Assembly: GCF_003334355.1 (NCBI RefSeq)
Contig: NZ_QOWP01000030.1
Strand: one strand, 5' to 3'
Length of the DNA: 45,643 bases
Source: Escherichia coli
GTDB taxonomy: Bacteria > Pseudomonadota > Gammaproteobacteria > Enterobacterales > Enterobacteriaceae
The position numbers and the translations under genes were made by a program. The notes below the pieces were generated by a model. That model was not told the origin of the DNA, did not search any database, and saw only the letters and a list, made by a program, of their open reading frames with translations. Of the stretch, positions 1 through 12,368 are shown in pieces; the stretch's first letter is position 1; each line of letters starts with the position of its first letter.

Positions 1-632
1 GCCTGCCGGGGCAGCAGTATGATGAGGAGTCCGGCCTGTATTACAACCGCCACCGCTATTATGACCCGCTGCAGGGGAGGTATATCACTCAGGATCCGAT
101 TGGGCTGAAGGGGGGATGGAATTTTTATCAGTATCCGCTGAATCCGGTTCAGTATATAGATTCAATGGGACTGGCATCAAAATATGGACACTTAAATAAT
201 GGCGGATATGGAGCGAGACCCAACAAACCGCCTACGCCCGATCCAAGTAAATTGCCGGACATAGCGAAACAATTAAGACTGCCATATCCTATTGACCAGG
301 CCAGTAGTGCGCCTAATGTTTTCAAAACATTCTTCAGAGCATTAAGCCCTTACGACTACACACTGTATTGCAGGAAGTGGGTAAAACCAAATCTGACTTG
401 TACGCCACAGGATGATTCCCAGTATCCAGGGATGGATACAAAGACAGCAAGTGATTACCTGCCACAGACAAATTGGCCAACAACTCAATTACCACCAGGA
501 TATACTTGTGCAGAACCCTATTTATTCCCAGACATTAATAAACCCGATGGGCCAGCAACAGCAGGGATAGATGATTTGGGTGAAATTTTAGCTAAGATGA
601 AACAGAGAACATCGAGAGGAATAAGAAAATGA
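1..632 (+). CDS. rhsO: Rhs-family protein, 3' portion (orphan Rhs core end plus C-terminal tip); 5' end lies outside the window
   Basis: Frame-3 reading from nt 3 gives [57 protein letters not shown], the conserved end of an Rhs core, continuing without a stop into the 155-codon ORF 165..632. Base composition turns AT-rich after about nt 165. Confidence 0.85.
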
Positions 633-1198
633 AAAGAGTTTTGTTCTTTTTGCTGATGATATTTGTTAGTTTTGGTGTTATAGCTGATTGCGAAATACAA
701 GCTAAAGATCATGATTGTTTTACTATTTTCGCTAAGGGTACTATTTTTTCCGCGTTTCCTGTCTTAAATAATAAAGCCATGTGGAGATGGTATCAGAATG
801 AGGACATCGGTGAGTATTATTGGCAAACAGAACTGGGTACATGTAAAAATAATAAATTCACACCAAGCGGGGCGAGACTCTTAATTCGCGTCGGGTCACT
901 ACGCCTTAATGAAAATCATGCCATCAAAGGAACGTTGCAGGAGTTGATAAATACAGCAGAAAAAACGGCGTTTCTCGGCGATCGGTTTAGAAGTTATATA
1001 AGAGCGGGTATCTATCAAAAAAAGAGCAGTGATCCAGTTCAGTTGTTGGCAGTCCTTGATAATTCAATCATGGTAAAATATTTTAAAGATGAGAAACCAA
1101 CTTATGCTCGAATGACAGCACATCTCCCGAACAAAAATGAGTCTTACGAATGTTTAATAAAGATACAGCATGAACTAATTCGTAGTGAAGAGAAATAA
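629..1198 (+). CDS. ybfC: Secreted protein of unknown function downstream of the Rhs tip; candidate cognate immunity protein
   Basis: 189-aa ORF whose ATG overlaps the rhsO stop (ATGA). N-terminus [19 protein letters not shown] looks like a cleavable signal peptide. AT-rich like the Rhs tip. Confidence 0.8.
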
Positions 1199-1279
1199 AA
1201 TCTCTTCCTGAGAAAACAAATTAATCATTGTGAAAAATTATATAACTCATGGAATAGGTGTTTATTTTGCGTTCCATTT

Positions 1280-2571
1280 GCAGGGAAAGATCACGTAACG
1301 CTACTTTTTTGTACTAAATAATTCGCATTTTATGTTTAAAAATTGAGATACTCCTTATTACCTAAAGCTGTTTTTCATAGCTTATACATGATCAAATACT
1401 CCTTACATAAATAAGGTGAACAAATGGAACTTAAAAAATTGATGGAACATATTTCTATTATTCCCGATTACAGATAAGCCTGGAAAGTAGAGCATAAATT
1501 GTCAGGCATCCTACTATTGACTATTTTTGCCGTTATTTCTGGTGCAGAAAGTTGGGAAGATATAGAGGATTTCGGGGAAACACATCTCGATTTCTTGAAG
1601 CAATATGGTGATTTTGAAAATGGTATTCCTGTTCACGATACTATTGCCAGAGTTGTATCCTGTATCAGTCCTGCAAAATTTCACGAGTGCTTTATTAACT
1701 GGATGCGTGATTGCCATTCATCAAATGATAAAGACGTCATTGCAATTGATGGAAAAACGCTCCGGCACTCTTATGACAAGAGTCGCCGCAGGGGAGCGAT
1801 TCATGTCATTAGTGCGTTCTCAACAATGCACAGTCTGGTCATCGGACAGATCAAGACGGATGAGAAATCTAATGAGATTACAGCTATCCCAGAACTTCTT
1901 AACATGCTGGATATTAAAGGAAAAATCATCACAACTGATGCGATGGGTTGCCAGAAAGATATTGCAGAGAAGATACAAAAACAGGGAGGTGATTATTTAT
2001 TCGCGGTAAAAGGAAACCAGGGGCGGCTAAATAAAGCCTTTGAGGAAAAATTTCCGCTGAAAGAATTAAATAATCCAGAGCATGACAGTTACGCAATGAG
2101 TGAAAAGAGTCACGGCAGAGAAGAAACCCGTCTTCATATTGTTTGCGATGTCCCTGATAAACTTATTGATTTCACGTTTGAATGGAAAGGACTGAAGAAA
2201 TTATGCGTGGCAGTCTCCTTTCGGTCAATAATAGCAGAACAAAAGAAAGAGCCAGAAATGACGGTCAGATATTATATCAGTTCTGCTGATTTAACCGCAG
2301 AAAAGTTCGCCACAGCAATCCGAAACCACTGGCACGTGGAGAATAAGCTGCACTGGCGTATGGACGTGGTAATGAATGAAGACGACTGCAAAATAAGAAG
2401 AGGAAACGCCGCAGAATTATTTTCAGGGATACGGCACATCGCTATTAATATTTTAACGAATGATAAGGTATTCAAGGCAGGGTTAAGACGTAAGATGCGA
2501 AAAGCAGCCATGGATAGAAACTATCTCGCGTCAGTCCTTGCGGGGAGCGGGCTTTCGTAATCTTTCCCTGC
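1280..2571 (+). mobile_element. H-repeat (ISAs1-family) element, copy 1, bounded by inverted 10-mers cagggaaaga / tctttccctg
   Basis: About 1.29 kb unit. The terminal sequence ctttttgtactaaataattcgcattttatgtttaaaaattgagata and the whole ORF are repeated again starting near 2571. Boundaries are approximate. Confidence 0.7.
1424..2560 (+). pseudogene. ybfL: H-repeat-associated (ISAs1-family) transposase, inactivated by an in-frame TAA at 1475..1477
   Basis: ATG at 1424 encodes [17 protein letters not shown] then TAA; the same frame continues as the 353-codon ORF 1499..2560. The intact paralog at 2691 reads through with Q at this codon. ybfQ is the name I recall for the short N-terminal piece. 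Confidence 0.85.
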
Positions 2572-3525
2572 TTTTTGTACTAAATAATTCGCATTTTATG
2601 TTTAAAAATTGAGATATTCCTTATTACCTGAAGCTGTTTTTTATTGCTTATACATGATCAAATACTTCTTACATAATTAAGGAGAACAAAATGGAACTTA
2701 AAAAATTGATGGAACATATTTCTATTATCCCCGATTACAGACAACCCTGGAAAGTGGAACATAAATTATCGGATATTCTACTGTTGACTATTTGTGCCGT
2801 TATTTCTGGTGCAGAAGGTTGGGAAGATATAGAGGATTTTGGGGAAACACATCTCGATTTTTTGAAGCAATATGGTGATTTTGAAAATGGTATTCCTGTT
2901 CACGATACCATTGCCAGAGTTGTATCCTGTATCTGTCCTGCGAAATTTCATGAGAGCTTTATTAACTGGATGCTTGACTACCATTCTTCAGATGATAAAG
3001 ACGTCATCGCAATTGATGGAAAAATACACCGGCATTCTTATGACAAGAGTCGCCGTAAGGGAGCGATTCATGTCATTAGTGCGTTCTCAACAATGCACAG
3101 TCTGGTCATCGGACAGATCAAGACGGATAAGAAATCCAATGAGATCACAGCTATCCCTGAACTTCTTAACATGCTGGATATTAAAGGAAAAATCATCAAA
3201 ACCGATGCGATGGGTTGCCAGAAAGATATTGCAGAGAAGATACAAAAACAGGGAGGTGATTATTTATTCGCTGTAAAAGGAAACCAGGGGCGGCTAAATA
3301 AAGCCTTCGAGGAAAAATTTCCGCTGAAAGAATTAAATAATCCCAAGCATGACAGTTACGCAATTAGTGAAAAGAGTCACGGCAGAGAAGAAACCCGTCT
3401 TCATATTGTTTGCGATGTCCCTGATGAGCTTATTGATTTCACGTTTGAATAGAAAGGGCAGCTATGGTTAGAAACTACCTGACGTCAGTCCTTGCGGGGA
3501 GCAGGCTTTCGTAAATTTGTCCTGC
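2571..3525 (+). mobile_element. H-repeat (ISAs1-family) element, copy 2, with an internal deletion of about 300 bp
   Basis: Same left-end sequence as copy 1. The ORF stops at FTFE, then the C-terminal remnant MVRNYLTSVLAGSRLS follows (compare copy 1 ...[16 protein letters not shown]). Right end approximate. Confidence 0.7.
2691..3452 (+). CDS. ybfD: H-repeat-associated protein, C-terminally truncated ISAs1-family transposase
   Basis: 253-aa ORF about 90 percent identical to the copy-1 translation over its length. Probably non-functional as a transposase. Confidence 0.85.
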   Translation: MELKKLMEHISIIPDYRQPWKVEHKLSDILLLTICAVISGAEGWEDIEDFGETHLDFLKQYGDFENGIPVHDTIARVVSCICPAKFHESFINWMLDYHSSDDKDVIAIDGKIHRHSYDKSRRKGAIHVISAFSTMHSLVIGQIKTDKKSNEITAIPELLNMLDIKGKIIKTDAMGCQKDIAEKIQKQGGDYLFAVKGNQGRLNKAFEEKFPLKELNNPKHDSYAISEKSHGREETRLHIVCDVPDELIDFTFE

Positions 3526-3599
3526 TACAACAGGATTAACTTCACAAATATCATTTCTCAACGTCTACACTTACTCCTGTAAACCGTTCAGGAGCAGTA

Positions 3600-4109
3600 A
3601 TGAATCAGCAACGATTTGATGACAGCACCCTAATCCGTATCTTCGCCCTTCATGAGTTACATCGACTGAAAGAACATGGCTTAACGCGCGGGGCGCTTCT
3701 CGATTATCACAGCCGCTATAAACTCGTCTTTCTGGCGCATTCTCAGCCGGAGTACCGCAAACTTGGCCCGTTCGTGGCTGATATTCACCAGTGGCAAAAT
3801 CTGGATGATTTTTACAACCAGTACTACCAACGCGTAATTGTTTTGCTTTCTCATCCCGCCAACCCGCGCGATCACACCAACGTTTTGATGCACGTTCAGG
3901 GTTATTTTCGCCCGCATATTGATTCCACAGAACGCCAGCAGTTGGCGGCGCTTATCGACAGTTATCGCCGTGGCGAGCAACCACTTCTTGCGCCGCTGAT
4001 GCGTATCAAACACTATATGGCGCTTTATCCTGACGCCTGGCTTTCAGGGCAGCGTTATTTCGAACTTTGGCCGCGTGTGATTAACTTGCGCCATTCAGGA
4101 GTTTTATGA
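3600..4109 (+). CDS. ybgA: DUF1722-family protein of unknown function, co-transcribed with photolyase
   Basis: 169-aa ORF with AGGAG 5 nt upstream of the ATG; its stop overlaps the phr start (ATGA). Confidence 0.9.
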   Translation: MNQQRFDDSTLIRIFALHELHRLKEHGLTRGALLDYHSRYKLVFLAHSQPEYRKLGPFVADIHQWQNLDDFYNQYYQRVIVLLSHPANPRDHTNVLMHVQGYFRPHIDSTERQQLAALIDSYRRGEQPLLAPLMRIKHYMALYPDAWLSGQRYFELWPRVINLRHSGVL

Positions 4110-5524
4110 TTACCCATCTGGTCTGGTTTCGCCAGGATTTACGTCTGCACGATAATCTCGCACTGGCTGCCGCCTGCCGCAATTCGTCTGCACGCGTGCT
4201 GGCGTTATATATCGCTACACCACGCCAGTGGGCGACGCATAACATGTCGCCGCGTCAGGCTGAACTTATCAATGCTCAACTGAATGGGCTACAAATAGCG
4301 CTTGCGGAAAAAGGTATTCCTTTATTGTTCCGTGAAGTGGATGACTTTGTCGCCAGTGTCGAAATAGTTAAACAGGTGTGCGCGGAAAACAGCGTTACCC
4401 ACCTGTTTTATAACTATCAGTATGAAGTGAATGAGCGGGCGCGGGATGTGGAAGTTGAAAGAGCGCTGCGTAACGTGGTGTGTGAAGGATTTGATGACAG
4501 CGTGATCCTGCCGCCTGGCGCGGTGATGACCGGTAATCACGAGATGTACAAAGTCTTTACGCCTTTTAAGAATGCCTGGCTGAAACGGCTGCGGGAAGGG
4601 ATGCCGGAGTGTGTCGCTGCGCCAAAAGTTCGTAGTAGCGGATCGATAGAGCCCGCGCCATCCATTACGCTGAATTATCCTCGTCAGTCTTTCGATACTG
4701 CGCATTTCCCGGTGGAAGAAAAAGCGGCGATTGCGCAATTACGCCAGTTTTGCCAGAACGGTGCCGGAGAATATGACCAACAACGAGATTTTCCGGCAGT
4801 GGAAGGCACCAGTCGTTTGTCCACCAGCCTGGCAACGGGCGGGTTATCGCCTCGCCAGTGTTTGCATCGCTTGTTGGCGGAACAGCCGCAGGCGCTGGAC
4901 GGTGGGGCCGGTAGTGTCTGGCTTAGTGAGCTGATCTGGCGCGAGTTCTACCGTCACCTGATAACGTATCACCCCTCGTTGTGTAAACATCGTCCATTTA
5001 TTGCCTGGACGGATCGTGTACAGTGGCAGAGCAATCCCGCACATTTACAGGCCTGGCAGGAAGGCAAAACGGGATACCCGATTGTTGATGCCGCTATGCG
5101 TCAGCTTAACAGCACTGGCTGGATGCATAACAGGCTACGGATGATTACAGCCAGTTTTCTGGTGAAAGATTTATTGATCGACTGGCGCGAAGGCGAGCGA
5201 TATTTCATGTCGCAGCTGATTGATGGTGATTTGGCAGCCAATAACGGTGGCTGGCAGTGGGCCGCTTCAACCGGAACCGATGCAGCGCCGTATTTTCGTA
5301 TTTTCAACCCGACAACCCAGGGCGAGAAATTTGATCATGAGGGCGAGTTTATCCGCCAGTGGCTACCGGAACTGCGCGATGTGCCAGGGAAAGTGGTGCA
5401 TGAGCCGTGGAAGTGGGCGCAGAAAGCAGGTGTGACGCTGGATTATCCGCAACCGATAGTCGAGCACAAAGAAGCGAGAGTACAAACGTTGGCAGCGTAT
5501 GAGGCGGCGCGGAAGGGGAAATAA
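4106..5524 (+). CDS. phr: Deoxyribodipyrimidine photolyase (CPD photolyase)
   Basis: 472-aa ORF; translation recognised as E. coli photolyase, including the FAD-binding C-terminal region WREFYRH...NGGWQW. Confidence 0.95.
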   Translation: MITHLVWFRQDLRLHDNLALAAACRNSSARVLALYIATPRQWATHNMSPRQAELINAQLNGLQIALAEKGIPLLFREVDDFVASVEIVKQVCAENSVTHLFYNYQYEVNERARDVEVERALRNVVCEGFDDSVILPPGAVMTGNHEMYKVFTPFKNAWLKRLREGMPECVAAPKVRSSGSIEPAPSITLNYPRQSFDTAHFPVEEKAAIAQLRQFCQNGAGEYDQQRDFPAVEGTSRLSTSLATGGLSPRQCLHRLLAEQPQALDGGAGSVWLSELIWREFYRHLITYHPSLCKHRPFIAWTDRVQWQSNPAHLQAWQEGKTGYPIVDAAMRQLNSTGWMHNRLRMITASFLVKDLLIDWREGERYFMSQLIDGDLAANNGGWQWAASTGTDAAPYFRIFNPTTQGEKFDHEGEFIRQWLPELRDVPGKVVHEPWKWAQKAGVTLDYPQPIVEHKEARVQTLAAYEAARKGK

Positions 5525-5552
5525 CAGACGCGTCAGGCAATCGAGCCCAGAT

Positions 5553-5658
5553 GCCGGATGCGGCGTGAACGCCTTATCCAGCCTACAAATTTGTGCAAAT
5601 TCAATAAATTGCAGGAAATACGTAGGCCTGATAAGACGCGTCAAGCGTCGCATCAGGC
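5553..5658. repeat. Pair of REP (BIME-type) palindromic elements in opposite orientation between the convergent phr and dtpD
   Basis: gccggatgcggcgtgaacgccttatccagcctaca and gtaggcctgataagacgcgtcaagcgtcgcatcaggc match the canonical REP pattern. Confidence 0.8.
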
Positions 5659-5673
5659 ATCGGTGCTGGCCTA

Positions 5674-7338
<1,665 letters not shown>

Positions 7339-7425
7339 TTAATATGTCAAAAGATTGGCTATCGACGAACAGGCGAGGTAACGCTATGTTAACGGTGTAG
7401 CTATCAGAATACGGAAGGCGCGAAG

Positions 7426-8169
7426 ATGAAAAACACCGAACTGGAACAACTGATTAACGAAAAACTGAACAGCGCGGCGATTAGTGATTACGCGCCGAAT
7501 GGTTTGCAGGTGGAAGGCAAAGAGACGGTGCAAAAAATTGTTACCGGTGTCACCGCCAGCCAGGCTTTGCTCGATGAGGCAGTGCGTCTGGGCGCGGATG
7601 CGGTCATTGTGCATCATGGCTACTTCTGGAAAGGAGAGTCTCCGGTCATTCGCGGAATGAAGCGTAACCGTTTAAAAACGTTGCTGGCGAATGATATCAA
7701 CCTGTATGGCTGGCATTTGCCGCTTGACGCACATCCTGAGCTGGGCAATAACGCACAGCTGGCGGCGTTACTGGGGATCACGGTCATGGGCGAAATTGAG
7801 CCGTTGGTGCCGTGGGGCGAACTGACCATGCCTGTGCCGGGACTGGAGCTGGCTTCCTGGATTGAAGCGCGTCTGGGACGTAAGCCGTTATGGTGTGGCG
7901 ATACCGGACCTGAGGTGGTCCAGCGCGTCGCCTGGTGCACGGGCGGCGGGCAAAGTTTTATCGATAGCGCCGCGCGTTTTGGCGTGGATGCTTTTATTAC
8001 TGGCGAAGTTTCTGAACAGACCATTCATTCAGCCCGCGAGCAGGGATTGCATTTTTATGCTGCAGGTCACCATGCCACTGAACGTGGTGGTATTCGCGCA
8101 TTGAGCGAGTGGCTGAATGAAAATACCGATCTTGATGTGACCTTTATTGATATTCCTAATCCTGCATAA
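7426..8169 (+). CDS. ybgI: Nif3-family metal-binding protein (GTP cyclohydrolase 1 type 2 homolog)
   Basis: 247-aa ORF with GGAAGG ribosome-binding site; translation recognised as YbgI. Confidence 0.92.
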   Translation: MKNTELEQLINEKLNSAAISDYAPNGLQVEGKETVQKIVTGVTASQALLDEAVRLGADAVIVHHGYFWKGESPVIRGMKRNRLKTLLANDINLYGWHLPLDAHPELGNNAQLAALLGITVMGEIEPLVPWGELTMPVPGLELASWIEARLGRKPLWCGDTGPEVVQRVAWCTGGGQSFIDSAARFGVDAFITGEVSEQTIHSAREQGLHFYAAGHHATERGGIRALSEWLNENTDLDVTFIDIPNPA

Positions 8170-8191
8170 CGAATAATCAGAGGGATCGAAA

Positions 8192-8848
8192 GTGCAACGA
8201 GCGCGTTGTTATCTGATAGGTGAAACGGCGGTAGTGCTGGAACTGGAACCGCCGGTGACGCTGGCTAGCCAGAAACGGATCTGGCGACTGGCGCAGCGTC
8301 TGGTGGATATGCCGAATGTGGTTGAAGCCATTCCCGGCATGAACAATATTACGGTGATTTTGCGTAATCCTGAGTCGCTGGCGCTGGATGCCATAGAGCG
8401 TTTGCAACGCTGGTGGGAGGAGAGCGAGGCCCTGGAACCTGAGTCTCGCTTTATTGAAATTCCGGTGGTTTACGGTGGTGCAGGCGGACCGGATTTGGCG
8501 GTGGTCGCGGCGCATTGCGGGTTGAGCGAAAAACAGGTTGTTGAATTGCACTCCTCCGTGGAATACGTGGTCTGGTTTTTAGGTTTTCAACCGGGCTTCC
8601 CGTATCTCGGGAGTTTGCCGGAACAACTACACACGCCACGGCGCGCTGAACCGCGCTTACTCGTTCCGGCAGGTTCTGTCGGGATCGGCGGGCCGCAGAC
8701 TGGTGTTTATCCGCTGGCAACGCCGGGTGGCTGGCAGTTGATTGGTCATACCTCACTCAGCCTGTTTGATCCGGCGCGTGACGAACCCATCTTATTACGT
8801 CCGGGAGACAGCGTGCGCTTTGTACCGCAGAAGGAGGGAGTATGCTGA
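8192..8848 (+). CDS. pxpB: 5-oxoprolinase subunit B
   Basis: 218-aa ORF with GTG start; overlaps pxpC by 7 nt. Recognised as YbgJ. Confidence 0.9.
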
Positions 8849-9774
8849 AGATTATTCGTGCGGGCATGTATACCACTGTGCAGGATGGCGGTCGTCACGG
8901 TTTTCGCCAGTCGGGTATCAGCCACTGCGGCGCACTGGATATGCCCGCGTTACGCATTGCTAACCTACTGGTGGGTAATGACGCCAATGCCCCCGCGCTG
9001 GAGATCACGCTCGGTCAGTTAACTGTTGAGTTCGAAACTGATGGGTGGTTTGCTCTGACGGGTGCCGGTTGCGAAGCGCGGCTGGATGATAATGCCGTCT
9101 GGACCGGCTGGCGATTGCCGATGAAAGCAGGCCAGCGTTTAACGCTTAAACGCCCGCAGCACGGGATGCGCAGTTATCTGGCGGTCGCGGGTGGTATTGA
9201 TGTTCCGCCGGTAATGGGGTCATGCAGCACCGATCTCAACGTGGGGATTGGCGGGCTGGAAGGCCGTTTACTGAAGGATGGTGACCGACTCCCGATTGGC
9301 AAATCGAAGCATGATTTTATGGAAGCGCAGGGCGTTAAACAGCTGCTGTGGGGCAACCGCATTCGCGCCTTGCCGGGGCCGGAATATCATGAGTTCGATC
9401 GCGCCTCGCAGGATGCATTCTGGCGTTCGCCCTGGCAGCTTAGCCCGCAAAGTAACCGCATGGGCTATCGCTTACAGGGGCAAATTTTAAAACGCACCAC
9501 CGATCGCGAACTGTTATCTCACGGTTTGTTACCGGGCGTGGTGCAGGTGCCACATAACGGGCAGCCGATTGTGTTGATGAACGACGCACAGACCACCGGT
9601 GGTTACCCGCGTATTGCCTGCATCATTGAGGCTGATATGTACCATCTTGCGCAAATTCCGCTCGGTCAGCCGATTCATTTTGTCCAGTGTTCACTGGAAG
9701 AGGCACTGAAAGCGCGGCAAGATCAGCAACGTTATTTTGAACAATTAGCGTGGCGGCTGCACAATGAAAATTGA
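8842..9774 (+). CDS. pxpC: 5-oxoprolinase subunit C
   Basis: 310-aa ORF; overlaps pxpB and pxpA. Recognised as YbgK. Confidence 0.92.
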
Positions 9775-10498
9775 CCTGAACGCCGATCTGGGCGAAGGCT
9801 GCGCCAGCGACGCAGAGCTATTAACGCTGGTTTCCTCTGCCAATATTGCCTGTGGATTTCATGCAGGCGATGCGCAAATCATGCAGGCTTGCGTGCGTGA
9901 AGCAATAAAAAATGGTGTCGCGATTGGCGCTCACCCGAGTTTTCCCGACAGGGAAAATTTTGGTCGCAGCGCCATGCAGCTGCCGCCAGAAACCGTTTAC
10001 GCCCAGACGCTGTATCAAATTGGCGCGCTGGCAACGATTGCCCGTGCGCAAGGCGGCGTAATGCGTCATGTCAAACCGCACGGCATGTTGTACAACCAGG
10101 CGGCGAAAGAAGCACAACTGGCAGCCGCCATCGCCAGAGCGGTATACGCTTGCGATCCAGCATTGGTTCTCGTCGGGCTGGCAGGAAGCGAGCTGATTCG
10201 TGCAGGCAAGCAATATGGCCTGACAACGCGCGAGGAAGTGTTTGCCGATCGCGGTTATCAGGCTGACGGCTCGCTGGTGCCGCGAAGCCAGCCAGGCGCG
10301 TTGATTGAAAACGAAGAACAGGCGCTGGCGCAAACGCTGGAGATGGTGCAACACGGCAGAGTCAAAAGTATCACCGGCGAATGGGCAACGGTCACGGCGC
10401 AAACGGTCTGCCTGCATGGCGACGGCGAGCACGCACTGGCATTCGCCCGCCGACTACGCTCTACATTTGCCGAAAAGGGGATTGTTGTCGCAGCATAA
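9764..10498 (+). CDS. pxpA: 5-oxoprolinase subunit A (LamB/YcsF family)
   Basis: 244-aa ORF overlapping pxpC by 11 nt. Recognised as YbgL. Confidence 0.92.
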   Translation: MKIDLNADLGEGCASDAELLTLVSSANIACGFHAGDAQIMQACVREAIKNGVAIGAHPSFPDRENFGRSAMQLPPETVYAQTLYQIGALATIARAQGGVMRHVKPHGMLYNQAAKEAQLAAAIARAVYACDPALVLVGLAGSELIRAGKQYGLTTREEVFADRGYQADGSLVPRSQPGALIENEEQALAQTLEMVQHGRVKSITGEWATVTAQTVCLHGDGEHALAFARRLRSTFAEKGIVVAA

Positions 10499-10533
10499 CC
10501 CCGCTTAATAAAGAATGAAAAAAGGATATCACC

Positions 10534-11325
10534 ATGCCTGAAGGCCCGGAGATCCGCCGTGCAGCGGATAACCTGGAGGCGGCGATCAAAGGCAAACCAC
10601 TAACTGATGTCTGGTTTGCCTTCCCGCAGTTAAAATCTTATCAATCACCACTTATCGGTCAACACGTTACCCATGTGGAAACGCGTGGTAAGGCGTTGTT
10701 AACTCATTTTTCCAACGACTTAACGCTCTACAGCCATAATCAGCTTTACGGCGTTTGGCGCGTGGTTGATACCGGCGAAGAGCCGCAGACCACGCGAGTA
10801 TTGCGGGTAAAACTGCAAACGGTTGACAAAACCATTCTGCTTTATAGCGCCTCGGATATTGAGATGTTGACCCCGGAACAACTGACCACGCATCCGTTTT
10901 TACAACGCGTTGGTCCCGATGTGCTGGATCCGAATCTGACGCCGGAGGTGGTAAAGGAACGATTATTGTCGCCGCGCTTTCGTAACCGTCAGTTTGCAGG
11001 ATTACTGCTCGATCAGGCGTTTCTGGCTGGGCTTGGCAATTATTTGCGGGTGGAGATCCTCTGGCAGGTTGGGGTGACTGGAAATCATAAAGCGAAAGAT
11101 CTCAATGCGGCGCAACTGGATGCACTCGCACACGCGTTACTGGAGATTCCTCGGTTTTCTTACGCTACGCGGGGGCAGGTGGATGAGAATAAGCATCATG
11201 GGGCGCTGTTTCGCTTTAAGGTTTTTCATCGTGATGGCGAACTGTGCGAACGCTGTGGCGGCATCATTGAGAAAACCACGTTGTCCTCGCGCCCGTTTTA
11301 CTGGTGTCCAGGCTGCCAGCACTAG
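10534..11325 (+). CDS. nei: Endonuclease VIII (DNA glycosylase/AP lyase, Fpg/Nei family)
   Basis: 263-aa ORF starting MPEGPEIRR (N-terminal Pro and Glu catalytic residues) and ending with a zinc finger CERCGG...CPGCQ. Confidence 0.95.
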   Translation: MPEGPEIRRAADNLEAAIKGKPLTDVWFAFPQLKSYQSPLIGQHVTHVETRGKALLTHFSNDLTLYSHNQLYGVWRVVDTGEEPQTTRVLRVKLQTVDKTILLYSASDIEMLTPEQLTTHPFLQRVGPDVLDPNLTPEVVKERLLSPRFRNRQFAGLLLDQAFLAGLGNYLRVEILWQVGVTGNHKAKDLNAAQLDALAHALLEIPRFSYATRGQVDENKHHGALFRFKVFHRDGELCERCGGIIEKTTLSSRPFYWCPGCQH

Positions 11326-12368
11326 GCCGACCGCTTCGGCGCATAGGTTGAAATAAACCGCGCAATGGCTGGCCCCGTCAGCAAAATACTGAACAGGCGC
11401 AGGGTTTGCATCGCCATAATAAGCGCCATATCGGCATTGCTCCCTGCGGCGATGACCGCCACGGTATCAAGCCCGCCGGGACTGGTGGCGAGGTAGGCAG
11501 TCATAAAATCAATATGCATAAACCGGGTCAGTCCCCACGCCATACCTGCACAAATAGCCAGCAGAGCAAAAATCGACAGCAGGATTTGCGGTAGTGGGCG
11601 TAGTGCCCGCAGTAAGATTTGTTTATCGAAACCAAGACCAATCCGCCAGCCAATTGCCATATACGCCATCGCCAGCAGCCATTCCGGTAGTTCGATGGTG
11701 ATGAGCTGACCAGACTGGAGCACTGCGCCCGCCAGCATCGGGATGAGCATCGTGCCGGAAGGAAGACGCAGCAGGCATCCCACTGTACCGGCAACGACCG
11801 CGAGCAAAATAGTAAGCAGGAGATTAATGCTCACTGGCGGGAACCAGACGATATGCTGGTTAACCGCTTCAGCGTTATCGCCCAGCATCATGCGGGTGAC
11901 CAGAACAGCGGCCCCCGCGACGAACAGCACTCGCAGATATTGCATAAACGCCACCAGGCGAATATCTGCGCCGTAATCTTGCGCCATAGCGACCATTGCC
12001 GCCGCGCCGCCAGGAGAGGAGCCCCAGGCACCGGTATTTCCAGGCAATGAGCTATAGCGCACCAATAACCAACCCACAATGGCGCTGGAAAGCAGCGTTA
12101 CCAGTAAAATTGCAAGCACGATCGGCCAGTTGACAGCCAGGGTGGTGAGAATCGAACCAGTGAGGTTTTGCGCAATCATGCAGCCAAGAATGGCCTGGGC
12201 GGCGAGAAAAGCAGAGCGGGGAAGTTGCAGAGTAATTCCGCGCATACTAAAGATGATCCCGGCAATCATCGGCCCAAGTAATAGCGCCGCCGGGAGATGT
12301 ACCGCGAGGAAACCAATAGAAAGGAGAAGTGATAGCACACATAACATTCCCCACTGCAAAACTGGCAT
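11322..12368 (-). CDS. abrB: AbrB-family membrane protein (putative regulator/transporter)
   Basis: Polytopic membrane ORF. I place the start at the ATG at 12368 (MPVLQWGML..., 348 aa) rather than the 374-codon maximum at 12446. Its 3' end overlaps nei by 4 nt. Confidence 0.85.
   Translation of the reverse strand: MPVLQWGMLCVLSLLLSIGFLAVHLPAALLLGPMIAGIIFSMRGITLQLPRSAFLAAQAILGCMIAQNLTGSILTTLAVNWPIVLAILLVTLLSSAIVGWLLVRYSSLPGNTGAWGSSPGGAAAMVAMAQDYGADIRLVAFMQYLRVLFVAGAAVLVTRMMLGDNAEAVNQHIVWFPPVSINLLLTILLAVVAGTVGCLLRLPSGTMLIPMLAGAVLQSGQLITIELPEWLLAMAYMAIGWRIGLGFDKQILLRALRPLPQILLSIFALLAICAGMAWGLTRFMHIDFMTAYLATSPGGLDTVAVIAAGSNADMALIMAMQTLRLFSILLTGPAIARFISTYAPKRSA

Noticed and set aside
165-632. 155-codon ORF as a stand-alone gene
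   Set aside because: The frame is open back to the window edge and the upstream translation is the conserved Rhs core end, so this is the C-terminal part of a longer Rhs gene.
1499-2560. 353-codon ORF as an intact transposase gene
   Set aside because: It is the downstream part of a reading frame that starts at 1424 and is interrupted by TAA at 1475; called as a pseudogene instead.
9821-10432. 203-codon minus-strand ORF
   Set aside because: Antisense to pxpA (ybgL).
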